The notes under the pieces: model-generated
Databases searched by the model: none
Told to the model about the DNA's origin: nothing
Seen by the model: only the letters and a program-made list of their open reading frames with translations
Shown here: positions 1 through 10,780 of the stretch, piece after piece
How the letters are laid out: the number at the start of each line of letters is the position of its first letter
Position numbering within the stretch: the first letter of the stretch is position 1
Assembly (NCBI GenBank): GCA_043803405.1
Contig: JAZDKB010000013.1
Location: 1 to 64,000, forward strand
Direction: 5' to 3'
Length of the DNA stretch: 64,000 bases
Source of the DNA: Spirochaetota bacterium
GTDB taxonomy: Bacteria > Spirochaetota > UBA4802 > JAFGDQ01
Translations under genes and position numbers: made by a program

Positions 1-240
1 GTCTGAGACTATGCTAACTAACGGGTTCTTGACTCCATAGGTTTTTCAGTCATTTTCAGAATACTTCACACTTTTTTATCGGCCTGTCTCATCTACGTTT
101 CTCTCATATTTGTCCGGCGGCCGCCGGTGGATTGCTAACTAGGAAGGCCTGATTCCGGAGTAAATTTTGTAATATATTCCGATTTATCAAACTATAAAAC
201 ATGCTTTTGAGATGACTTCTAATAATTGTATCGGGATATT

Positions 241-1353
241 TTATGTATTAATAAACTTATCTTTGAGGTAAGCGCCAAAATCATTTTCAAGCGCCATTGC
301 AGAATCATAATGCTTATCAAAAACAGAATGCCACATATCTTCGCTTTCCATGCATAAATAAATAAATGGTTTATGAGTGTAATTATTAATATAATTTTTT
401 ATTGTTTTATATATCTCTGTCCTTTTATTTTTTAAATACCTGTATTTTCCGTCAACGCCCGGGAACATTTCTTCAAGAGTAAGCTCCTCATCCGGGAACT
501 TATCGCGTAAAATATCCTTAAATCCCGGACCATACCTGAAACACCCTAGAGAAATCCACACAACTTTTTCTGGATCAATATTCTTAAACAGAGTGTGTAT
601 CAGCTCTTTATAATCATTTTCCCAGTCATTATATATTATGACCGGATCGAAATGGAATGCGAGAAAATAGCCTGCCTCTACGGCTTTTTTTGCTGCCGCG
701 ATCCGCTCTTTTAACAGGGCAGTCCCGTTTTCGTATTTTGCAATATTGCGCTCTGTATTTAAACTCCATGCCAGAACCGCGCTTCCCTTTTCCCTTATTC
801 CGAGCAAATGATCAACATTGTCAGATTTTGTCTTCAGCTCAAACATAACGTTTTTATATGCGTTGAATTTATTAATAAGAGCTTCTCCTGTGCCGGTAAT
901 ATCATCCATCATAAGAGAATCCGTGAATTCTCCCGAACCTATCCTGTACACGAATCCGGGATCAATATCCTTTAAAAACAGATCGATTTCTTTATACAGT
1001 ACTTCCAGATTAGTAAACTGGGTAATGCCGAATGAATTTAAATATGAGTTTAAAAAACAATAAGTGCAGTTATAAAAGCAGTTGAAGCATGTGTTTACGA
1101 GCCTGTAATTGCAGCACGTAACTCCGCGTGAGCCTGGGCAAATCTGAAAGAACCTTCCCTTAAAGGGCTTTAATATTATTACTTCTTTTGAGTTATAATG
1201 CTTTTTAATATTCCAGATTTGATTCACAAGTTCTTCATCATTATTAAATGACAGAAACTCGGGGCCTTTTACTTGCAGGAATCTGCGGATTATTTCATTT
1301 TCTTTTTCGTTTTCATCGTATATAACAGCTTTAATATCTACAGCTGTTTTCAT
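241..1353 (-). CDS. Spore photoproduct lyase (SplB)-family radical SAM protein
   Basis: CFYNCTYC radical SAM motif followed by FL; GSGEFTDSL, FELKTKS, LAWSLN, LAFHFDP, DGKYRY and YLCME motifs typical of SplB-like proteins. Confidence 0.85.
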   Translation of the reverse strand: MKTAVDIKAVIYDENEKENEIIRRFLQVKGPEFLSFNNDEELVNQIWNIKKHYNSKEVIILKPFKGRFFQICPGSRGVTCCNYRLVNTCFNCFYNCTYCFLNSYLNSFGITQFTNLEVLYKEIDLFLKDIDPGFVYRIGSGEFTDSLMMDDITGTGEALINKFNAYKNVMFELKTKSDNVDHLLGIREKGSAVLAWSLNTERNIAKYENGTALLKERIAAAKKAVEAGYFLAFHFDPVIIYNDWENDYKELIHTLFKNIDPEKVVWISLGCFRYGPGFKDILRDKFPDEELTLEEMFPGVDGKYRYLKNKRTEIYKTIKNYINNYTHKPFIYLCMESEDMWHSVFDKHYDSAMALENDFGAYLKDKFINT

Positions 1354-2234
1354 TGCTGCATATCCAGCTTAACGGTAAACGTAAGTTTTTTTGTGGATTC
1401 ATTGCCCGAGTAATCTGAAGCTGTTACAGACAAATCGTTTACTCCGTCAACGTATTTTATCTTATCTGCTTTATAATATCCTTTCTCGTCAAATAATTCG
1501 TCAAATGCCTTGCCGGAAACTCTTAAAGCATTATCCTTCATTAAAATATCGGAATAATTATTGTTAACAATTTTCTCGCCGTTTAAAGTTATAAGCAGTT
1601 TGTAAACTCCGAGCCTGTCTCCTTTGTGCATAAGGTCCCATATATTTATAAGCAAAGGATAATGCTTTGTAAGCCTTATGCTGTCGTTGTTGCCGATCCT
1701 GAAATATTTGTTCTCGATCCTCACATACGCTTCTTCAATAACCGGTTCAATGTTATCCGCAACTTTCGGAAAAACGGATACCGGATTTACAAATTTCCCT
1801 GTATCTGAGTGAAAAATTGAAAGATGCAGATGCTTCCCTGATGAATGGCCTGTAGCACCCATTTCGCCGACTGAATCATTCTTTAAATATATGTTTTTAA
1901 CAGAAGGATTATCATTAAGATGCATGTAAACCGAATAATAGCCGCTCTTATGCCTCAGGATTTTATAGTTTCCTCCGCCTGGATAATTCTCAGTAGGGAA
2001 CAGTGCGTTATCCCAGAAAAACACAAGCTCGCCTTCCTCGGCTGGATATATCTTTGTGCTGCCGGAAATCAAATCCACCCCGCTGTGAAAATGATCGCCT
2101 CTCGATTCTCCGAATGTTGACGTGATCCTGAAATTTTCCATAGGCCATGTGAAAGAAAGGTTAAACGCTATAAGCAGGAACAGGCAGATGTAAAAGATAA
2201 TTTTATTATATAGACATTTATCAAACGGTCTCAT
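1350..2234 (-). CDS. M23 family metallopeptidase, secreted
   Basis: HxxxD (HFHSGVD), YMHL and TGHSSGKHLH zinc motifs; N-terminal hydrophobic segment; ATG at 2234 follows a GGAGAG RBS (ORF track starts at 2249). Confidence 0.85.
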   Translation of the reverse strand: MRPFDKCLYNKIIFYICLFLLIAFNLSFTWPMENFRITSTFGESRGDHFHSGVDLISGSTKIYPAEEGELVFFWDNALFPTENYPGGGNYKILRHKSGYYSVYMHLNDNPSVKNIYLKNDSVGEMGATGHSSGKHLHLSIFHSDTGKFVNPVSVFPKVADNIEPVIEEAYVRIENKYFRIGNNDSIRLTKHYPLLINIWDLMHKGDRLGVYKLLITLNGEKIVNNNYSDILMKDNALRVSGKAFDELFDEKGYYKADKIKYVDGVNDLSVTASDYSGNESTKKLTFTVKLDMQQ

Positions 2235-2257
2235 TATTTTTCTCTCCAAAATAAAAC

Positions 2258-4510
2258 TTACTGTTTCTTTTCAACATGTATGTTGCAATATTCTCCGGGT
2301 TCGCTGCCTGCATAATATAGTTCGTCAATTGCAGTTTTGGGACACCGGTTTTCCTTGCGCGGGACCATGCCGGAATCGAGGCATATAGTCTGTTTTGTAA
2401 CGCCTTCGTCCGGTATGGAAAATTCGCCGGGTTTTGCGTTCGTGTATATTTGCGATATGAACTTTGCCCATACAGGCGCGGCCACTACTCCGCCCGAACG
2501 GTTTTTACCAAGCGAAATAGCTCCAGCGTTATTGCCTATCCATATCACAGTGACCAGATCCGCAGTGTAGCCGGCAAACCACGCGTCGCAAAAATCGGAC
2601 GAAGTGCCTGTTTTGCCTGCGATCGGGAATGCGGGTTTGTTCCCCTGAAAAGCATAATAGCCGGTTCCTTCAGGTTCGAATACTCCTTTAAGCATGGATA
2701 CTGTGACAGCACATGCGACAGGATCAATTATCTTATTAATCTCTTTTCGCTTTTCTTCAACATAATCCATTACTTCTTTTTCATTGTGCCAAACAACATT
2801 GCCGTTATAATCTTTCACGTACTTTATGCCGTAAGGCTGAATGAATTTGCCGCCGTTCACAATAGTTGAATGCAGAATGCAGTTTTCCATAGGCGATATT
2901 TCATAAGTCCCGAGCGCAAGCGATAATGTATGCCCGAACCTTTTTTTAACGCTTGTATCCGAAAGATCGAGCGAGTCCCTTAAAATCCTGAAAACAGTTT
3001 CATACCCGGTTTCTTCCAGCACTTTAACTGCCACTACGTTAATTGACTTTCTTAATGCTTCTCTTACAATGACCTTTCCTGAATAAACATTATTATAATT
3101 TTTCGGGGAATACTCGCCTTTAAAGTCCGTTTTTTCGTCAACAAAGACGCTCGACGGAGTAATTGTCCTGTTTTCAAATGCTGCAGAATATATTACAGGC
3201 TTAAAAGACGAGCCCGGCTGCCTGATTATCTGTGACACATGGTCAAGCTGGCTCTTGGTTGAAAAAGCATAACCACCCACGTATGAAATTATCTCGCCTG
3301 TTGAAGGATTTATCGCGACCAAGGCACCTTCAATATTGTTGGCTTTTTCTTCCTCGAATTTGGAGTCCGGGCTGTTAATGTGATCGTCAGCATTTTTTTT
3401 ATGATATTCCTTCTGCTTTAAAATGCCTTCCTGCAATTCCTTTGTAGCAATATCCTGGCTTTTTGCATCAATTGTGGTATATACGGCAAGCCCGCCTTTT
3501 TTTAAAACATCTTCCCCGAATTTACTAACCAGAATTCTTCTTATGTTTTCGTTAAAAAACGGAGCCCTGTTGACTTTATACGAACTGTAGAGAAAGCTTC
3601 CGATAAGGGATGTTTCGGGGTCCTTTTTTTGGTTAAATGAAAAATCCCATTTTGCTACAAATCTTTTGTACTGACTATCCGCGGTCTTTTCTTCTATAAA
3701 ACCCGCTTCGATCATGGATCTCATAATCGCTTTAGTTCTCTTTAAAGAGTTGGAAAGACTGGACAGGGGAGAATAAATCGAAGGATTGGCAATTGTCGCT
3801 ATTATCATCGCGCATTCGGTTTCGTCCAGATCCTTTACAGACATGCCGAAAAACATTTTTGAGGCAGACTCCACTCCGTAGGCCCCGTTGCCGAAATATA
3901 TAAGGTTAAGATACATTGACAGGATATCCTGCTTGTCGTATCTCTTTTCTATTTCCAGGGCGCAGAATGCTTCGTATATCTTGCGTTTAAACTCTCTCTC
4001 CATGTCCGTAAAAAGGACTTTGGCAAGCTGCTGTGTTATAGTACTTCCGCCCTGCACAACCCGGAAATGAACGATATTTGCGACAACAGCCCTGAATATT
4101 CCTTTGTAGCTTAAACCCTTATGATTATGAAAATCCCGGTCTTCGCTTGCCACAACTGCTTTTACAAGCCATTGGGGAATGGAAGAATATGGCGCTATTT
4201 CCCTTTTTTGCTCAAAGAATTCGCCAATAATTTCATTATTCCTGTCGTAAATCCTGGTGGGAATATCAACGACCTTTGCTGTCAGGTCGATCTGGCTGTA
4301 ACTGTAGGTCTGGCCGGCTTTCAGCTCTTCAGTGCGGTCTATAAGCTTTTTATATCTTGAAAGAGTGTCGAGTGCTTTATTTTTATCATTAAGCCAGCTG
4401 AAATATATTGTCCCAATAAAAAGAGCTATTAATATAATAACAGCTACAGGGCAATATATAAATACAACTGCCTTGTGATTTATTATCCAGTAATATATTT
4501 TTTTAAACAT
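2258..4510 (-). CDS. mrcA: Class A penicillin-binding protein (PBP1A family)
   Basis: Transglycosylase EDRDF and GGSTITQQL motifs; transpeptidase SxxK (GSSFK), SxN (SIN) and KTG motifs; N-terminal TM anchor. Confidence 0.9.
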   Translation of the reverse strand: MFKKIYYWIINHKAVVFIYCPVAVIILIALFIGTIYFSWLNDKNKALDTLSRYKKLIDRTEELKAGQTYSYSQIDLTAKVVDIPTRIYDRNNEIIGEFFEQKREIAPYSSIPQWLVKAVVASEDRDFHNHKGLSYKGIFRAVVANIVHFRVVQGGSTITQQLAKVLFTDMEREFKRKIYEAFCALEIEKRYDKQDILSMYLNLIYFGNGAYGVESASKMFFGMSVKDLDETECAMIIATIANPSIYSPLSSLSNSLKRTKAIMRSMIEAGFIEEKTADSQYKRFVAKWDFSFNQKKDPETSLIGSFLYSSYKVNRAPFFNENIRRILVSKFGEDVLKKGGLAVYTTIDAKSQDIATKELQEGILKQKEYHKKNADDHINSPDSKFEEEKANNIEGALVAINPSTGEIISYVGGYAFSTKSQLDHVSQIIRQPGSSFKPVIYSAAFENRTITPSSVFVDEKTDFKGEYSPKNYNNVYSGKVIVREALRKSINVVAVKVLEETGYETVFRILRDSLDLSDTSVKKRFGHTLSLALGTYEISPMENCILHSTIVNGGKFIQPYGIKYVKDYNGNVVWHNEKEVMDYVEEKRKEINKIIDPVACAVTVSMLKGVFEPEGTGYYAFQGNKPAFPIAGKTGTSSDFCDAWFAGYTADLVTVIWIGNNAGAISLGKNRSGGVVAAPVWAKFISQIYTNAKPGEFSIPDEGVTKQTICLDSGMVPRKENRCPKTAIDELYYAGSEPGEYCNIHVEKKQ

Positions 4511-4584
4511 GGCATTTATTTTCTAATAATGCCTGTTAAAAAACAGCTAAAAATATATATTGTCAAATATAATTTATAAACAGG

Positions 4585-5526
4585 CTATTCCTGCCGGGAA
4601 AATTTAAACGGCTTTTCGCTTTTAAAATCCGGCGCCAGGTCGCTTTCGTTCACTTTCTGAACAAAGAGATTATCGAATCCCATATCCAGTGCATATTCCA
4701 CAACCTGGTTATATTCATCGCTCGTAATCCTGCGGCCAAGCACTGGATGATCGCGCACTTTATCAACAGGAGTGTATTGCGACATCAGGCTTATCGGGAT
4801 TGAAGTCGATATCTCTTTCTTAATCAGCCTGAAAACTTCCCTGGAGTTTTCTATTCTGCCAGGCAATACAAGGTGCCTCACAATTATTCCGCTCCTGGCT
4901 ATGCCGTCTTTTATCTCAAGCGTATCCCCGACCTGTTTTACCATTTCTTTTAATGAATCCATGGCAAAACGAGGATAACCCGGAGCTGAAGAAAACAATA
5001 CCCCGTCTTCTTCCAATCCGTATTTAAAATCAGGAAGATAAATATCTACCATGCCGAAAAGCGTTTTTATTATTTCAGGATTTTCATATCCTCCGCAGTT
5101 GTAAACAAACGGGATAGTGAGGCCATACTGGCGAGCAAAATACAGTGACTCCATAATTAAAGGGACCTGATGTGTAGGAGTCACAGGTTCTATGTTATGG
5201 CAATCTCTGTTTTGCAAATCCAGCATAATGTATGCCAGATCGGACGGGCTGATTTCCTTCCCTTTAGTGCAGTGGGATATCTGATAATTCTGGCAATAGA
5301 TGCAGCCCAGATTGCAGGAAGTAAAAAAGATGGTGCCTGCGCCGTTTGTTCCGGATAACGGCGGCTCCTCGCCGTGATGCGCAAGCGCGCAGTCCATGAT
5401 TATCTTTGCAGGCAGCCCGCAAAAACCTTTTTCGCCGCGTGTGCGGTCTACATGGCATGCACGCGGGCAAAGGGTGCAGTCCCTTAATAATTCTTTTAAT
5501 TTAAAGATATTTTCTTTGAATCTCAT
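4585..5526 (-). CDS. PflX-like radical SAM protein (COG1313 type)
   Basis: CTLCPRAC N-terminus, CNLGCIYCQN motif, DIYLPDFKY, RHLVLPG, SLMSQYTP; start moved to ATG 5526 (RBS-like AGGA, removes the overlap with rlmN). Confidence 0.8.
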   Translation of the reverse strand: MRFKENIFKLKELLRDCTLCPRACHVDRTRGEKGFCGLPAKIIMDCALAHHGEEPPLSGTNGAGTIFFTSCNLGCIYCQNYQISHCTKGKEISPSDLAYIMLDLQNRDCHNIEPVTPTHQVPLIMESLYFARQYGLTIPFVYNCGGYENPEIIKTLFGMVDIYLPDFKYGLEEDGVLFSSAPGYPRFAMDSLKEMVKQVGDTLEIKDGIARSGIIVRHLVLPGRIENSREVFRLIKKEISTSIPISLMSQYTPVDKVRDHPVLGRRITSDEYNQVVEYALDMGFDNLFVQKVNESDLAPDFKSEKPFKFSRQE

Positions 5527-5603
5527 TTTTATATTCCTAAAAATATTTTTATGTATTTCAATTTTTAGCGCTATTAATCCCAAAAAACGAACGTGATAGT
5601 GTA

Positions 5604-6635
5604 CTAATGCTTCCCCGCAAGCTGGCCGCACGCGCCGTCTATATCAGTGCCGAAGCTTTTGCGCACTGAAACAGGCACGTTTATTATCTCGAGCTCTTTA
5701 ATGAACGCGGCCATCTCGTCCTGCGAAGGCGCGTCAAGCTTGTGAACGCCCGGATTAAGCGCAATAAGGTTCAGCTTGATCCTTGCGTGCTTAAAAAGCT
5801 TTTTAAGCCTCTTCGCGTCATCTCCCGAAATATTATCCTTTCTCATAACATAAGCAACAGTAAGCCTGTTCCTGGAAACCGGGAACTTTCTTTCGAATAA
5901 TTCAATGACCCCTGCCACAGGATATTTTTTTTGAATAGGCATGTTTATTTTTCTCTTTTCGGGATCAGTGTCATTAATAGATACTGCTAAATTATATGGG
6001 CGCTTTTCGTCAATAAATCTTTCTATTGCGTCCGTGATCCCGCAGGTCGATATGGTAATTTTTCTTACGGAAATGTGGAACCCGAATGAGTAGTTCATAA
6101 TATCCGCGGCTTTCAGCACATTATCATAATTTAAAAAAGGCTCGCCCATTCCCATGAAAACAATGTTGTTGTTCTTTAGCCCGGATATCCTTCTTACCTG
6201 GTTTATCTGATCAAGAATTTCGGCAGGCTCAAGATTGCGCTTAAACCCGAGCTTTGCAGTGTTGCAGAACCTGCACCCCATTGCGCACCCGACCTGGCTG
6301 GAAACGCATATAGTCAGCCTTTCTTTCTCGTTTGTATCGTTCTTAATCAGCACGGACTCAATGTAATTGCCGTCTGCGGTTTTAAAAAGATATTTCTCAG
6401 TATCGTCAATTTTTGAAATTTGCCTTTCTTCAAGTTCAAGTGCGGAAACAGAATAAGCATCTTCCAGATACTTTCTCAGGTCTTTTGAAAAATTCGTCAT
6501 CTCGGAAAATGCTTCTATGTTCTTTTCGTACAGCCAGCTGAAAAGCTGTTTTGCCCTGTACGGCTTTTCTCCGAAGATATTAAAAAGCGTTTCCGCTTCT
6601 TCCAGTGTCAGATTTTTAATAAAGGGTTTAGGCAT
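5604..6635 (-). CDS. rlmN: 23S rRNA/tRNA adenine C2-methyltransferase RlmN
   Basis: CVSSQVGCAMGCRFC, MGMGEP, DIDGACGQL motifs. Confidence 0.93.
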   Translation of the reverse strand: MPKPFIKNLTLEEAETLFNIFGEKPYRAKQLFSWLYEKNIEAFSEMTNFSKDLRKYLEDAYSVSALELEERQISKIDDTEKYLFKTADGNYIESVLIKNDTNEKERLTICVSSQVGCAMGCRFCNTAKLGFKRNLEPAEILDQINQVRRISGLKNNNIVFMGMGEPFLNYDNVLKAADIMNYSFGFHISVRKITISTCGITDAIERFIDEKRPYNLAVSINDTDPEKRKINMPIQKKYPVAGVIELFERKFPVSRNRLTVAYVMRKDNISGDDAKRLKKLFKHARIKLNLIALNPGVHKLDAPSQDEMAAFIKELEIINVPVSVRKSFGTDIDGACGQLAGKH

Positions 6636-6725
6636 GTTGAAAAAAGTTTAATTAATGATTTAGTAATTTAAAACATAACATATAATAATATTGACATATT
6701 GCAATCTTTTAAATATTTATTAAAT

Positions 6726-7025
6726 ATGCTTACTAAAGAAGAAATAAAAAACAAATTAAGACAAAATGTCAATATACTTAAGAAATATAATGTAAATCGT
6801 ATTGGCATTTTTGGATCTTTTGTTAATGGAAAATCAACAGATAAAAGTGATATTGATATATTACTTGGTTTTTCAGATACAATCACACTTTTACAATACG
6901 TTCATCTTTCCGATTCAATAACCGGCTTTTTGAACCATGAGGTTGATATAGTTACAGTTAACGGAATCAAACCTTTATTAAAAGACAGTATACTTAAAGA
7001 GGTGGAATGGATTGAGGGGCTATAA
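6726..7025 (+). CDS. MNT nucleotidyltransferase antitoxin (MntA-like)
   Basis: GSx10DxD (GSFVNGKSTDKSDID), about 99 aa, overlaps the downstream HEPN gene. Confidence 0.88.
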   Translation: MLTKEEIKNKLRQNVNILKKYNVNRIGIFGSFVNGKSTDKSDIDILLGFSDTITLLQYVHLSDSITGFLNHEVDIVTVNGIKPLLKDSILKEVEWIEGL

Positions 7026-7338
7026 ACTTTACATCCAGGACATTAAAGAAGCAATAGATAAAATTCAGATATACATTACAAATATTGATTTTGAATCCTT
7101 TAAGAAAGATTCAAAGACTTATGATTCTATAATTCATAATTTTTTTGTTATAGGTGAAGCAGCCGGAAAAATTCCGGAAGAGATTCACGAAAGATACAGT
7201 GAAATTGACTGGCGCGGAATGATCGGTATGCGAAATATTATTGCACACGGTTACTTTACAATTGATCCGGATATTATCTGGAAAACTATCCAAGATGATT
7301 TGCCTGTTCTAAAAGAACAGATTAAAAAAATAAATTAG
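7012..7338 (+). CDS. HEPN (DUF86/HepT-like) RNase toxin
   Basis: Rx4HxY (RNIIAHGY) and IGEAA motifs; coupled to the MNT gene. Confidence 0.88.
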   Translation: MRGYKLYIQDIKEAIDKIQIYITNIDFESFKKDSKTYDSIIHNFFVIGEAAGKIPEEIHERYSEIDWRGMIGMRNIIAHGYFTIDPDIIWKTIQDDLPVLKEQIKKIN

Positions 7339-7350
7339 AGCAATATCTCT

Positions 7351-9849
7351 TTACCCAATAAACAAAGTAGTATCCGATTTTTCCGCTGCTTCCAGGAAGC
7401 TCGCCACGCCTGCGATCTCGAGCCCGTCAATGAGTTCTTCCGGTTTAATGCCCATCAGATCCATGCTCATCTGGCAGGCAATTATTTTTACCCCGCTTCT
7501 GATTGCGTCCGCTATCATTGTTTCCAGCTGATCAACATTATGCGATTTCATTATTCCTTTTATCATAGCAGGTCCCATGCCCATCATGTTCATTTGTGAA
7601 AGAGGCAGTTTACCGGCATATTTTGGCAGCATTATTGCGAACATTTTTTCTATGATATTCTTCTTTAACTTTGTCGGCTTTATTTTCCTTTTAAGCACAT
7701 TCAGCCCCCAGAAGGTCGCAAACATAGTCACTTTTCTTCCCATTGATCTGGCGCCGTTTGCAATAATGAATGCGGCAATAGCTTTATCAAGACTTCCGCT
7801 GAATAATATTATTGCTTTATCATTCGGAAGTCCTGCCGCGAACTGGGATATTTCCGGCAGTTTTATATTCTTTCTTATAAGAGCTTTTATGTACTTATCT
7901 TCCCTGGATAAATTCAGCAATTCATTGCCTGTAGTTCTGCACCATGAAGGCAGGTCCTTTATAAATCCCGGGTCAGTGGCAGATATTTCAATCTCGCTCC
8001 CCTGCGGAAGTTTTGCTGCTGCTTCAGCAAGCTTCATAATAGGGCCGGGGCAGGATAATCCGCTGCAATCCAGTGTAGTTCTTTGAGGCTTTGCGGACAT
8101 ATGCACAATATCGTCCACAGGCCCGCCGGCTTTATACTGTGTTTTAAAGGATTTTAACGGAATAAAAAAATACTCTTTTAATTTTTCATAAGGCATCATT
8201 GCAATGCTGTAAAGTTTGTATCCGCCTGTAAGGTTCTTTACATCTTTATAGCCGCTTTGTATCAAGACCCTGTAAGAAAGGTATCCTCGGAACCCAACCT
8301 GGCAATAAACAAGTATCAGCCTGTCTTTCGGAATTTCATTAAGTCTGTTCCTAAGTTCCGTATCCGGAATATTTATTGCGCCTGTAATGTGCCCGCTTGA
8401 AAATTCAAGGTCAGATCTCACATCTATTATTACAGCGCCCTTTTCCCTTAGACTGTCAATTTCCGACCAGTGTACTATGTCCATGTCTTTTATTACAACG
8501 TTTGCAGCAACAAAGCCTGCCATGTTCACAGGGTCTTTTGCAGAGCTGAAAGGCGGTGCATAAGAAAGCTCTAGCTCCTCAAGATTAAACACGGTCGCTT
8601 TTTGCTGGATCATGGAAGCAAAGACATCGATCCTTTTATCAACCCCTTCTTTGCCTATTATCTGCGCTCCCAGGATCAGGCCGTCGCTTTTTTGAAACAG
8701 CAGTTTTATTGTCATTGGAGCAGCACCGGGATAATATCCGGCATGATGATTGGGGTGCGTATATATCTTTTCAAAATCCGTATTTTTTTCGCTTAAGAGA
8801 GTCTTCTCGTTTAACCCTGCGCACCCGGCAGATATACTGAAGATTTTAAGGATTGAACTGCCTATTATGCCTTTAAAAGCGTTTTTTCTGCCTGCAATGT
8901 TTTCAGCTGCAATCCTGCCCTGCTTGTTTGCAGGGCCTGCAAGAGCCAGGACAGCCGGTTTCCCGCTGATGCGGTTCTTAACCTGAACAGCATCGCCTAC
9001 AGCATAGATTGACGGATTGCTTGTCTGCATGTAGTCGTTTACAATTATGTGGCCTCTTTCGGTGAGCTTTAAACCTGCCTTAGCCGCAATTGCAGTGTCA
9101 GGCTTTACGCCGATTGCCATAATAAAAATATCAGCTTCTATTCTATTCCCGCTTTTTGTTTTAACAAACTGGTTATTCCCGACCCTGCCGAAACTCTCTA
9201 CTGAATCCTGAAGAATCAGTTCCACGCCGTTAAGCAAAAATTCCTGGTGAATGAACTGAGCCATTTCCCGGTCGAACGGGATCATTAGCTGATCAAGCAT
9301 CTCTACAACAGTGACCTTAACACCTATGCAATGAAGGTTCTCTGCCATTTCCAGGCCTATGAAGCCTCCGCCTACAACAACCGCCCTTTCTGCTCCGCTG
9401 TTTTTTATTTCTTCTTTTATTTTAACCGAGTCCGGGATTGTTCTTAATGTAAAATATTTAACTTCGTTTAAACCGGGGAACGGAGGCACAATGGGCGATG
9501 CGCCCGGAGACAAAACAAGATTATCGTAATCGAGAAAATACTGCTCGCCAGTTATGCGGTTTTGTACTTTCAGTTTTTTATCGCTTGTGTTTATTTCCAC
9601 TGCTTCGTTATTTATTCTGACATCGATTGCGAATCTGCTTTTGAATAATTCATCAGTCATCAGCTCCAGGTCTGCCTGTTCTTTAATGACATCCCCGATA
9701 AAATACGGAAGCCCGCAGTTCGCGAATGAAATATAATTGCCCTTTTCCAGAATAATGATCTCAGCTTTTTCATCCAGCCTTCTGAGCCTTGCTGCCGCAG
9801 TAGCTCCGCCAGCAACCCCGCCTATTATAATTACTTTTTTATTTTTCAT
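7351..9849 (-). CDS. CoA-disulfide/persulfide reductase-rhodanese-TusA-DsrE2 fusion protein
   Basis: GGVAGG FAD motif, SFANCGLPY, YAPPFS; rhodanese YCQVGFRGY; TusA-type LDCSGLSCPGP; DsrE2-type FATFWGL ... ACQMSMDLMG. Confidence 0.88.
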   Translation of the reverse strand: MKNKKVIIIGGVAGGATAAARLRRLDEKAEIIILEKGNYISFANCGLPYFIGDVIKEQADLELMTDELFKSRFAIDVRINNEAVEINTSDKKLKVQNRITGEQYFLDYDNLVLSPGASPIVPPFPGLNEVKYFTLRTIPDSVKIKEEIKNSGAERAVVVGGGFIGLEMAENLHCIGVKVTVVEMLDQLMIPFDREMAQFIHQEFLLNGVELILQDSVESFGRVGNNQFVKTKSGNRIEADIFIMAIGVKPDTAIAAKAGLKLTERGHIIVNDYMQTSNPSIYAVGDAVQVKNRISGKPAVLALAGPANKQGRIAAENIAGRKNAFKGIIGSSILKIFSISAGCAGLNEKTLLSEKNTDFEKIYTHPNHHAGYYPGAAPMTIKLLFQKSDGLILGAQIIGKEGVDKRIDVFASMIQQKATVFNLEELELSYAPPFSSAKDPVNMAGFVAANVVIKDMDIVHWSEIDSLREKGAVIIDVRSDLEFSSGHITGAINIPDTELRNRLNEIPKDRLILVYCQVGFRGYLSYRVLIQSGYKDVKNLTGGYKLYSIAMMPYEKLKEYFFIPLKSFKTQYKAGGPVDDIVHMSAKPQRTTLDCSGLSCPGPIMKLAEAAAKLPQGSEIEISATDPGFIKDLPSWCRTTGNELLNLSREDKYIKALIRKNIKLPEISQFAAGLPNDKAIILFSGSLDKAIAAFIIANGARSMGRKVTMFATFWGLNVLKRKIKPTKLKKNIIEKMFAIMLPKYAGKLPLSQMNMMGMGPAMIKGIMKSHNVDQLETMIADAIRSGVKIIACQMSMDLMGIKPEELIDGLEIAGVASFLEAAEKSDTTLFIG

Positions 9850-9991
9850 TAATATATCCCTGCGTTGATTTTACTTAACTTTTATTACTAACTTATATTT
9901 AATAAAAAGTCAATCAGGATAAAAAAACCTTTGAAGAAGAAGAGAAGAATGAAAATGATGCTTAAAAAAAATAGGGAAAGTAATTATTAAA

Positions 9992-10090
9992 TGCCCTCAT
10001 CCCCCGAACCCCCTTCTCCCTAAGGGAGAAGGGGAAATCCCTCCCTCTCCCAACTTCTTTTGGGAGAGGGAGGTTAGGAGGGTGAGGGCA
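9992..10090. repeat. REP-like nested palindromic element (Y-shaped)
   Basis: Outer IR TGCCCTCA/TGAGGGCA encloses hairpins CCCCTTCTCCC-taa-GGGAGAAGGGG and CCTCCCTCTCCCAA-cttctt-TTGGGAGAGGGAGG; GC-rich patch in an AT-rich spacer. Confidence 0.8.
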
Positions 10091-10102
10091 CATCACTTTG
10101 CT

Positions 10103-10140
10103 AAAACAACAAAATACCCCGACTTGATTGCCGGGGTATT
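10103..10140 (-). terminator. Rho-independent terminator of the 10227-10631 gene
   Basis: Stem AATACCCCG/CGGGGTATT followed on the minus strand by a T-rich tail (TTGTTGTTTT). Confidence 0.7.
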
Positions 10141-10226
10141 GTTTAAAAGATTGTTTAATGCTAAAAAGTTAAGCTTGGAATATCGATTGACAGAATAAGA
10201 AATATATTAACTATATAACTCTATTA

Positions 10227-10631
10227 TCATAGAGGACCAGTCCAATTGCTTGCAGTAATAACCGCATCATCATCCATTGTTATAGAAGCCCCGTAATAAA
10301 AATTTGACTCATAGTCACCACTTTCTGCCACCGGATTAGCTGGATCAGCTTGACCAGTAGTATTATTATCAAGAAATGTATACAAAGTATATGTATTGTC
10401 TTCAATATCATCTATTGTAATTGTTGCAACTCCAGGTGATATTAAAGCAGAACTTCCTGAATATTCCGGCGCAGTATTCTCACTTCCGCCCTCACTAACG
10501 AGCTTTGCATAAGCAGTATAATTTGTTCCTACAGTGCTGCTAATGTAGACTGTCAACGTATACGTGTCTTTATTGCAGTTTACAAACGAAACAAGCGCCA
10601 TACAGCAGATAAACAATAATAACTTTTTCAT
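10227..10631 (-). CDS. Hypothetical lipoprotein
   Basis: MKK + hydrophobic signal + Cys lipobox-like (FVNC); beta-rich acidic mature part; GGGG RBS-like sequence upstream. Confidence 0.7.
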   Translation of the reverse strand: MKKLLLFICCMALVSFVNCNKDTYTLTVYISSTVGTNYTAYAKLVSEGGSENTAPEYSGSSALISPGVATITIDDIEDNTYTLYTFLDNNTTGQADPANPVAESGDYESNFYYGASITMDDDAVITASNWTGPL

Positions 10632-10780
10632 AAAAAATCCCCCTTGAATTATATAACAAGTTAAATTTAAACCAGATTAGCGTTTTTGTCAACAGAGTGA
10701 AATAAAAAAAATGTAAATATATTCCATTGAGTTTTCTGTAATCTATGCATTTAAATTACAATATCTTAAAAAGAGGAGCT

